Below are positions 56,770 through 64,000 of a DNA stretch of 64,000 bases, piece after piece. The stretch lies in the sequence record DRR723986_21710, one strand, 5' to 3'. A model generated the notes under the pieces. It saw nothing but the letters and a program-made list of their open reading frames with translations, had not been told where the DNA came from and did no database searches. Position 1 is the stretch's first letter, and each line of letters opens with the position of its first letter. The position numbers were made by a program, and so were the translations under genes.

Positions 56770-58476
56770 ATGAAAACGATTCGAATTTTTATTGCCTCTT
56801 CGTCAGAATTGAAAGAGGACCGGGAAGAGTTTAGAGCTTTTATTTCCCGAGAAAATGATCGTTTACACACCAAAGGAATTTACTTAAAGTTAGAGCAATG
56901 GGAGTTTTTCAAAGATTCCATTTCGAGTACTCGGCTACAAGATGAATACAATGAAGCTATTCGCCAGAGTGATTTAGTTTTATGTCTTTTCTATACCAAG
57001 GTTGGAAAATACACTGCCGAAGAATTTTACACTGCATACGAAATTTTCAAAGCACAAGGTAAACCTAGGATTTGGACCTATTTTAAAAATGCTTCCATTA
57101 ATGTGGGCGCTATCACAGACGAAATTAATACCCTTTTAGATTTCAAAAAGAAATTAGGAGAGCTAGGCCATTTTCACACTGAATACACTTCAATCGACAA
57201 TCTCGTTAATAAATACAGAAGTCAGCTGGACATGATTTTGCAGGAATACGAATCTGGCTCACCTGCCAAGGAAGTTGAAAATGCTAGTCATTCCTCCTCT
57301 AAAAAGGAGGCGGGAGAGGTAGAGAATAGATTTAATGAGGTTCTGACTAAAAGTCTACTAGAAGCTATTAGTACTCATAATCGGAAAGCTGGTGATTTTT
57401 TATCCGCAAATGCGGACTGGGCAGCAAATGCGGATTTGGTAAAAACAGCTAAGAGAATTATCATAAGTGGATATGTTGGGGTGATAGGCAGCCAAATCCG
57501 AAAGTTAATGTCTATAGGCGCAGAGGGTTATTCTGATAGCAAAATGATGAGGTATTTGGAGAACTGCCAGATTACGGCTAAGCGAGGCTTACAACTTATT
57601 TGCTATGCTCTAATTTCGAGCTTATGGGATCATCAGTTAGCCGGTAAAATTGAGTTTTCTACATCCCAGAAGAATGCCCTAGTCAAGTTTTTCAGAAATG
57701 CTGCTGAAGAAGATATCCTTGCATTTGTAGAACTGCTAAGTCATTTGCTGGAAATATATACTGACAATAAATTGGATTTTCTCATTTCCGAATCACTAGA
57801 CTTGCTTCCTGGCCTTCAGGAAGGCGGAGATATATGGAACGCTTGCCAAAAACTAAATGAGTCATCGCAGCTTTTAAAAAATGCCTCTTACACCCTTGAA
57901 GATTGTAGGGAAACAGAAGAAAATCTGGCGGTGGTATTGGAGAGGCTAAGTTTCTTGTCAGAATACAGAATGATCTCTATTAATGAGATAGATTTTAATC
58001 AGCAGAGAAATGATCAGGAAGGGTTATATCTGCACAATTATACCTTGCTGATAGGAGAGAGTCTGGCAAATAATGAGAGTCAAAGTAATGTGCGAAGAGA
58101 GTCATCTCCGGTGATTTCTCATGCCGTGATTATTTTTAAGGATAATTATCGGAATAATATAAATCTCGATCCTTTTATCATTGATTTGAATGGATTGAAG
58201 TTAGAAGGTGGTTCAAAAATCTGCTTTTATTCTCATGCAAATACGTATGATGATCTAAGTCTCAACTATAGTTTTATCGAGGATAATAGCAAGGAAGTCA
58301 TCACTAAGTCAGATAATCCAAGACCTAGCGACTCTAGTTTGAATGTGCTTAATTCCTGGCTTTCCAAAAAGGGAAATAGAATAGATATGAACCTTGATAA
58401 GGTTTACAGTTTGTTTTTCGAAGCTAAAAAAGCCTTGACAGGTGTAGAAGAAGAATTTGCTGAAGACTCATTTTAA
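56770..58476 (+). CDS. TIR-like (DUF4062-type) N-terminal domain fused to a large uncharacterised domain; predicted conflict-system effector
   Basis: RIFIASSSELKEDR, WE, QDEYN..IRQSDLVLCLFYTKVGKYT.EEF..A, PRIWTYFK; low-complexity linker; ~385-aa C-terminal domain. Confidence 0.75.
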   Translation: MKTIRIFIASSSELKEDREEFRAFISRENDRLHTKGIYLKLEQWEFFKDSISSTRLQDEYNEAIRQSDLVLCLFYTKVGKYTAEEFYTAYEIFKAQGKPRIWTYFKNASINVGAITDEINTLLDFKKKLGELGHFHTEYTSIDNLVNKYRSQLDMILQEYESGSPAKEVENASHSSSKKEAGEVENRFNEVLTKSLLEAISTHNRKAGDFLSANADWAANADLVKTAKRIIISGYVGVIGSQIRKLMSIGAEGYSDSKMMRYLENCQITAKRGLQLICYALISSLWDHQLAGKIEFSTSQKNALVKFFRNAAEEDILAFVELLSHLLEIYTDNKLDFLISESLDLLPGLQEGGDIWNACQKLNESSQLLKNASYTLEDCRETEENLAVVLERLSFLSEYRMISINEIDFNQQRNDQEGLYLHNYTLLIGESLANNESQSNVRRESSPVISHAVIIFKDNYRNNINLDPFIIDLNGLKLEGGSKICFYSHANTYDDLSLNYSFIEDNSKEVITKSDNPRPSDSSLNVLNSWLSKKGNRIDMNLDKVYSLFFEAKKALTGVEEEFAEDSF

Positions 58477-58506
58477 TTTTTTATAACCCACAAACTTGGA
58501 ATCCCC

Positions 58507-60489
58507 ATGAAAAAGTATCCTTTCAAATTTCTTGACTCCTATCAAAGAGAAGATAGAAATGTGTTTTTTGGAAGGGATGAGGAGATCAAAGCTTTGTACG
58601 AGATGGTTTTTCAATCGGCAACAGTTCTTGTGTATGGAGCGTCTGGAACAGGCAAAACGAGTTTGATCAATTGTGGCTTGGCTGGCAAGTTTCAGCCTCA
58701 TGATTGGCTGGATCTGATGATCCGACGCGGATCTGATATCAATAAATCTTTGAAATCAGCTTTGGAAAAGGCTGGAGGAAAGGTGGATTTGGATTTTGAT
58801 GAAACTAGCTATCTAGACGAATGGGAAATAGATGCGGATAATTCGAGTCAGCAACTTACTCCAATCAGTAAATCAATTCGGGCAGTTTATCAAAAGAACT
58901 TCAGACCTGTGTATTTGATATTTGATCAGTTTGAGGAACTTTTCATCCTTGGCTCTCTTACCGAGCAGCAGATATTATTAGAAACAATACAAGGTATTCT
59001 CAAATCAGGTCAACCTGTAAAGTTGATATTCTCTATTCGAGAGGAGTATTTGGGGTATTTGTTTGATTTTGAGCGGGCTATTCCTCAGCTGTTTCGCAAG
59101 AAATTGCGTGTGGAACCAATGAATTTGGACAAGGTCAAGCAAGTGATTATTGGAGCTACGGCATATGAAGGATCAAATATATCTATCAAGGAAGGAGAAG
59201 AAGATGCAGTTGCTGAAGCTATTTTTCACAAAATCAAAGGCGACAAAAAATCCCTGACCATTCAATTGCCATTTTTGCAGGTATTTTTGGATAAGCTATA
59301 CCTGAATATAACTGGAGACAAAAGGAGAGAAAAACCGGCTGAATTCACTTCTGAAAAAGTGAATGAAATGGGTAAGATCGGTGATATCTTGAGCAATTTT
59401 CTAGAGGAACAGGTAGCTGATATTTCTAAAGAATTGAACGGAAACTACCCGACCTTGAATTCTTCTATAATCTGGAAAATACTCTCTCCATTTGCCACAT
59501 TGGAAGGTACAAAAGACCCTATCACTAAAGATGAATTGTTTGACCGATTACCGGACTTAGACCAAAAAATGGTCAATGACGTGGTAGAGGTTTTTTCCAA
59601 TAGCCGACTCCTTCGCTACAATGAGAATACAGATACGTTTGAGATTTCCCATGATTCCCTAGCCAAGCCAATCGCAGAACGGAGAAGTGTTGAGGAAACT
59701 TCGCTCCTGGAAGTTAAACGCTTGATTAGAAGTCAGGTCGGAGTAAATGAAGATGCAAGGGAATATTTCACTGAGAAGCAGCTTATCTATATCGAGCCAT
59801 CTTTGAAAAAGTTAAAGCTAAGTGAAGAGGAGCTTAATTGGATAGAGAAAAGTCGAGATGCGCTCAAGAAGGAAAAGCAGAGGGAGGCCAAGCAGAAGTA
59901 TGATGACTTGGTGAAGAGTAAAAAGTCAATGTTTTTGAAAGTTGCAGTTGGAGTGTTTGTAGTGATCGCTGGGCTTTTTATTTTAATCGCATTTAAAGCT
60001 CAAAAAAGTGCAAATGATGCTTTAGAAGCGGGAAAAGCAGTGACTATAGAAAAGAATTACTCTGACGGATTGATTAGACTATTGCTTGAAGGTAAGGGAG
60101 ATCAATATGAAAATCTAAGTGAAGATGACTTGAAAGGTTTATTAGAAATGGAAAGAGTTGCTCCAATAGACAGTTTGGTGGAAATAAGAGCATCCGTTAG
60201 TCCCTCTAACACCTTATCTGGAGGCAAGAAAAATTATAATTTCACATTTTGGCTTGAGCTTCCGTCATTTAGGAAAAATGAAATAAAGGAAGTTAGATAC
60301 AATTTTTGTAAAGGATTTTATGATAGTATTCGGACTTCTAGAGATCAGACTTCTTCTTTTTCAATTGGCTATTTGGGCTGGGGTGTTTGTGATACAATTC
60401 GAGTTGATATTGTTTTAGAAAATGGAATTACTATTCGTGAAAAATTCCCTTTTAAAGAATATATTTCAAAAAGACTTCCGATAGAATAA
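58507..60489 (+). CDS. STAND NTPase (nSTAND1-type) + coiled coil + TM + C-terminal YEATS-like domain
   Basis: YPFKFLDSY...FFGRD.E, Walker A GASGTGKT, Walker B LIFDQFEELF, SIREEY, LPFLQV, EISHDSL; TM VAVGVFVVIAGLFILIAF; YNFTFWL...IKEVRY.F...F...FSIGYLGWG. Confidence 0.85.
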   Translation: MKKYPFKFLDSYQREDRNVFFGRDEEIKALYEMVFQSATVLVYGASGTGKTSLINCGLAGKFQPHDWLDLMIRRGSDINKSLKSALEKAGGKVDLDFDETSYLDEWEIDADNSSQQLTPISKSIRAVYQKNFRPVYLIFDQFEELFILGSLTEQQILLETIQGILKSGQPVKLIFSIREEYLGYLFDFERAIPQLFRKKLRVEPMNLDKVKQVIIGATAYEGSNISIKEGEEDAVAEAIFHKIKGDKKSLTIQLPFLQVFLDKLYLNITGDKRREKPAEFTSEKVNEMGKIGDILSNFLEEQVADISKELNGNYPTLNSSIIWKILSPFATLEGTKDPITKDELFDRLPDLDQKMVNDVVEVFSNSRLLRYNENTDTFEISHDSLAKPIAERRSVEETSLLEVKRLIRSQVGVNEDAREYFTEKQLIYIEPSLKKLKLSEEELNWIEKSRDALKKEKQREAKQKYDDLVKSKKSMFLKVAVGVFVVIAGLFILIAFKAQKSANDALEAGKAVTIEKNYSDGLIRLLLEGKGDQYENLSEDDLKGLLEMERVAPIDSLVEIRASVSPSNTLSGGKKNYNFTFWLELPSFRKNEIKEVRYNFCKGFYDSIRTSRDQTSSFSIGYLGWGVCDTIRVDIVLENGITIREKFPFKEYISKRLPIE

Positions 60490-60492
60490 CTT

Positions 60493-62085
60493 TCACTGAA
60501 CAATATTTAATAGTCCTGCAGTTTTTAGATGATCTTGCACAGTAAGCTTTCCGCTAAGATCAAGTTCAGGCACTTCTCCTATATCATTTTGGTGAAAATG
60601 ATAAACAAATATCGAGAGAACTTTATTTGGCAGACTTGTCTTTTTCAGGTCATCTGGGAGGGTGTCATAACTGTTTTTTAACAATTGCTGTGAAACCCCT
60701 GGCGTCATAGCAACATTGCTCATTGTGGCAGGGTTTGATGCGACGATAAATGCAAACATCCTAAACTCAGACTCTACCTTAAAAAACATGGACTTAAAAA
60801 TCTCGAAGTAGGTGAACTTTCCATCACCGCCTAGATTTTGAGTAAATCGCTGTTCTGTTGGTACTGAAGAACCATCGATGCGGAATTTTTCCAAACTGGT
60901 GGTCAATGCAAAGCCATCCATATCATAATAGTAATGGAGCTGATTTTTGTATCCTGCCTCTACTAGATCTTTTCTGAGAAATGAATCTACCTGGCCAAGA
61001 GTAGATAAGGATGGCTTAAAGTCTGCTTTTATGAAATTTGCAGATGCAAGTGGAGCTGGGTTAGGGAAAAAATAGTATTGTAAACTGTTAGAAGGCATTT
61101 GCACCATCGCAGAGCCTCCGTTACTTAATTCCTCACCTAAGTTGTCCTTATCCAAAGGGAACTTGTTGCATAGCTCCCGATAAAGGGCTTCGAGGACTTT
61201 AGGGTTCAATTCTTCTTTAATAAATTTATCCCGTTCACTTGTGACGCTACTTTTGAAATCATAGAATTGATCATATAAAAGTCTTTTATTGAAATTCCGC
61301 CCAACTCGAGTTCTTTTAGATACTACATATTTTAGTTGAACATACCTTGATAACAAATCCAATCTTGAAGCAGCTGTATAATCCGGGTTAATAAAATTAG
61401 GATCCCCAAAAGAAAATGGTTGAAAATCAGGCTTATTAGTTATGATTTCCCTACTAAGTGGCATAGAATAGATGCCAGCATAGAATTCTAGAGAATCAAT
61501 ATGGAACTGGTTTTTATTTTTTGCAGCTAGAAAAATGCGCTGAAAGTCAGGATAAAGATCCTCGTTAAACAAGGTGTTTAATTCATTTTTCAAGCTTCTG
61601 ATTTCTGATTTCAAAAGCAGGTTTGATTCCTGATCAAATTTGATCAATTCAAAAAGGCTATTTTCTTTTTTATCGAATGTTTGGAAATCTTCAATTTTGG
61701 CAGAGTTGTAATAATTAATTCCTCGATCAAGTAAACTTTTCAATCTACGTAATAAGCCACGACTTACTTCATCACTGCTACGGTGCAGAAGCTTTGTTTG
61801 ATTTTGATAAAAAAGTGCATTTGTGAAATTATAAAGGGAAGAATTTGCTCTAATAAAAGTGCTGTTTGTTATAGCCTTGATTTGGTCATTTTCATATGCA
61901 ATAATCTTTTTTAAACGTTCTTCAGGAATGGTGTCAAAATAAATTTCTACCAGATACAAGTTCATATATGCTTGTGCAAGAGTAATTGTATCGTTTTTAT
62001 TTGCGGTAGAGATATCCTGAGCACTAGCAGTATATATACCCAAAAGTATCAGAAGGCAGGGAAGAAGGAATCTGAAAAACTTCAT
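60493..62085 (-). CDS. Secreted hypothetical protein: helical N-terminal region plus a distinct C-terminal alpha/beta domain
   Basis: Signal peptide (ASAQ); C-terminal FPNPAP.AS...TLGQV...AGY...YY...GFALTT.LE...DG...RF...HLKTAGL. Confidence 0.7.
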   Translation of the reverse strand: MKFFRFLLPCLLILLGIYTASAQDISTANKNDTITLAQAYMNLYLVEIYFDTIPEERLKKIIAYENDQIKAITNSTFIRANSSLYNFTNALFYQNQTKLLHRSSDEVSRGLLRRLKSLLDRGINYYNSAKIEDFQTFDKKENSLFELIKFDQESNLLLKSEIRSLKNELNTLFNEDLYPDFQRIFLAAKNKNQFHIDSLEFYAGIYSMPLSREIITNKPDFQPFSFGDPNFINPDYTAASRLDLLSRYVQLKYVVSKRTRVGRNFNKRLLYDQFYDFKSSVTSERDKFIKEELNPKVLEALYRELCNKFPLDKDNLGEELSNGGSAMVQMPSNSLQYYFFPNPAPLASANFIKADFKPSLSTLGQVDSFLRKDLVEAGYKNQLHYYYDMDGFALTTSLEKFRIDGSSVPTEQRFTQNLGGDGKFTYFEIFKSMFFKVESEFRMFAFIVASNPATMSNVAMTPGVSQQLLKNSYDTLPDDLKKTSLPNKVLSIFVYHFHQNDIGEVPELDLSGKLTVQDHLKTAGLLNIVQ

Positions 62086-62266
62086 TTTTCGAAATGAATA
62101 ATTTGAAACCTAGCTAATAATTAGAATTGCTGGAGTCTTGTAAAAACCAATTTTCTTCTTTCAATATAACTTTTATTATCAGTAATGTCCTTTTGATCTT
62201 AAATTTTGCAGCCTTAAAGCCGTTAGTTTTTTGATTTATGTCATTTTTTACCAGGTAGTTAACATT

Positions 62267-62274
62267 TACTTTTG
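62267..62274 (+). promoter_or_regulatory. -7 promoter element TACTTTTG with no ORF before the next terminator
   Basis: Exact TAnnTTTG match. Confidence 0.5.
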
Positions 62275-62279
62275 CATCG

Positions 62280-62449
62280 AAGAATCCAAACAGTCCTTCG
62301 TTTAAAAGTTGTTGAAAAGTGAATAAACGCCCCTAGTTTTTTGTCTATTATCTAATTTCTGGAATGTAATCCTTGCTAAGAAAATTTGATTTAATAGTCC
62401 CAAATTATAATTGGAGATAACCGAAAGCCACTGGCTTTCGGTTTTTTTT
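62280..62449 (+). ncRNA. Candidate small RNA (~170 nt), family unknown
   Basis: Bounded by a -7 box and a strong terminator; only a 5-codon GTG frame and an ATG-TAA seen inside. Confidence 0.4.
62419..62449 (+). terminator. Strong Rho-independent terminator
   Basis: AACCGAAAGCC-ACT-GGCTTTCGGTT followed by further T-run. Confidence 0.85.
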
Positions 62450-62618
62450 ATTTGTAAGGTGCCCATACTTCCTTAATTTTTTTATTAATTAGCCAAGTCA
62501 ATAAAAAAACGCATCCTGAAATTGAGCATTTCAAAATCACGCCAAATGGCCTGTTTTTGAAATTGTGAGATTCCTCTGGATTCTTTATGGGATGACCATT
62601 ATAATTAATAATAATAAG

Positions 62619-64000
62619 ATGAAAAATAACCAGAGAAGAGAGTTTCTGAAATCAACCGGCTTGGTAGGTTTGGGGCTTTTCGGGGCGGGATCTACCCTCG
62701 CCAATGAATTTGAGAATCTTCCTTTACAAGCTAAGCAAGGTGTTAATCGCATTCAATCTTTCAATATGAGTGGTTTTGCTGCTCCTAAAATTGATACAGT
62801 TCGCATCGGAATAGTGGGACTTGGAATGAGAGGGCCTGGTGCTGTTGATCGATTGAGTAAAATAGAAAATGTAGAAATCAAAGCGCTTTGTGATTTGCTG
62901 CCTGAGCGAGTTGAAAAAGCAAAAGCTCAATTAAAAGATACTCCGCATAAGCCTGATGGTTACTCTGGGAATGCCTATTCCTGGAAAGAAATGATGGATC
63001 GAGATGATCTGGATTTGATCTATATCGCTACTCCATGGGAATGGCATACTCCTATGTCTGTGTATGCCATGGAAGCTGGCAAGCATGCAGCCTGTGAAGT
63101 GCCTATAGCGCGAACACTTGATGAGTGCTGGCAATTGGTGGAGACTTCTGAGCGTACCAAGAAGCATTGCATGCAGTTGGAAAATTGCTGCTATGATTTC
63201 TTTGAGTTGATGACTTTGAAAATGAAGCGTGAGGGATATTTTGGAGAGGTTCTTCATGTGGAAGGAGCATACATTCATGATTTACTTTCATTGAATTTCA
63301 AAAAAGATGGTGGTTATCAGGACATGTGGAGGTTGAAAGAGAATTACCGTAATGGTAATCTGTATGCTACTCATGGTCTTGGTCCAATTTGCCAAATATT
63401 GGATATCAATAGGGGAGATCAAATGGAATTTTTGACCTCAACATCTTCCAATGATTTCTCTATGCATGCTGAGGCTGTGAAATTGGCTGAACAGGATAAT
63501 TTCTTTGCTTCCTATGCTGAGAAAAAATTCCGTGGAAATATGAATACAACCATGGTAAAAACTAAGCATGGAAAGACGATTATGATTCAGCATGATGTCT
63601 CTTCACCGCGTCCTTATTCACGACTTCATGTGGTGAGCGGGACAGAGGGCTACGCTCAAAAGTATCCTCAACCAAGAGTAGCTAAAGGTCATGGCTGGTT
63701 GAAAGAGGAGGAATTCAAAGATTTGGAAACCAAATACACCCCTGAGATTATCCAAAAAGTAGGGGAGTTGGCAAAAAAAGTAGGGGGCCACGGAGGTATG
63801 GACTTTATGATGGACTGGAGATTGATTGACTGCTTGAGAAATGGCCTTCCTTTAGATCAAGATGTCTATGATGCAGCACTTTGGAGTAGTATATCTCCTC
63901 TAAGTGAGTGGTCTGTTGCAAACAGGTCCAATTCCATTGATGTGCCCGACTTTACAGGTGGGAACTGGAAAACAAATGCCCCTGTAAATATCACCTTATC
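62619..64000 (+). CDS. Gfo/Idh/MocA-fold GH109 glycosidase (alpha-N-acetylgalactosaminidase-like), Tat-exported; runs off the window end (not in ORF track)
   Basis: Translated by hand: MKNNQRRKFLKS (Tat), RIGIVGLGMRG, IATPWEWH, GKHAACEVP, LENCCY, YATHGLGP, GGHGGMDF. Confidence 0.9.
   Translation, partial: MKNNQRREFLKSTGLVGLGLFGAGSTLANEFENLPLQAKQGVNRIQSFNMSGFAAPKIDTVRIGIVGLGMRGPGAVDRLSKIENVEIKALCDLLPERVEKAKAQLKDTPHKPDGYSGNAYSWKEMMDRDDLDLIYIATPWEWHTPMSVYAMEAGKHAACEVPIARTLDECWQLVETSERTKKHCMQLENCCYDFFELMTLKMKREGYFGEVLHVEGAYIHDLLSLNFKKDGGYQDMWRLKENYRNGNLYATHGLGPICQILDINRGDQMEFLTSTSSNDFSMHAEAVKLAEQDNFFASYAEKKFRGNMNTTMVKTKHGKTIMIQHDVSSPRPYSRLHVVSGTEGYAQKYPQPRVAKGHGWLKEEEFKDLETKYTPEIIQKVGELAKKVGGHGGMDFMMDWRLIDCLRNGLPLDQDVYDAALWSSISPLSEWSVANRSNSIDVPDFTGGNWKTNAPVNITL

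Noticed and set aside
56632-62618. Prophage, IS or integrative-element origin for the STAND island
   Set aside because: No integrase, transposase, tRNA target or flanking direct repeats found; only the AT-rich composition and context suggest horizontal origin

Overview
Chromosomal window from an AT-rich Bacteroidota bacterium. Gene content and TAnnTTTG promoters suggest Cyclobacteriaceae, Algoriphagus-like (inference). About 55 CDS; no rRNA, tRNA, CRISPR array, integrase or transposase seen. Housekeeping genes: folE, guaA, hemL, kbl/tdh, cdaA-folP, aroK, proS, floA, hemA. Accessory blocks: (i) a hicAB pair whose toxin gene has a 1-nt frameshift and is absent from the ORF track; (ii) a planctomycete-type cytochrome c/DUF1549-DUF1553/DUF1501 operon; (iii) a ~13 kb co-oriented, partly translationally coupled cluster (FNR-like regulator, rhodanese, DUF547, flavin oxidoreductase, membrane ferredoxin, CslA-like GT2, polyprenyl-P-sugar GT2, GT-C, lipoproteins, OsmC-hydrolase, GH113); (iv) the best candidate for an undescribed system, a three-gene island at 56770-62085 encoding a TIR-like (DUF4062-type) effector, a membrane-anchored nSTAND1 NTPase with an extracytoplasmic YEATS-like domain, and a convergent secreted protein. 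Non-coding signals: 7/8-nt periodic repeats at gene ends, a 29-bp inverted-repeat element, hairpins written into the coding ends of convergent genes, face-to-face promoter pairs, a probably leaderless guaA, a structured leader before PTPS-folE and a candidate ~170-nt sRNA. All family calls come from motifs recognised by eye; no searches were run.
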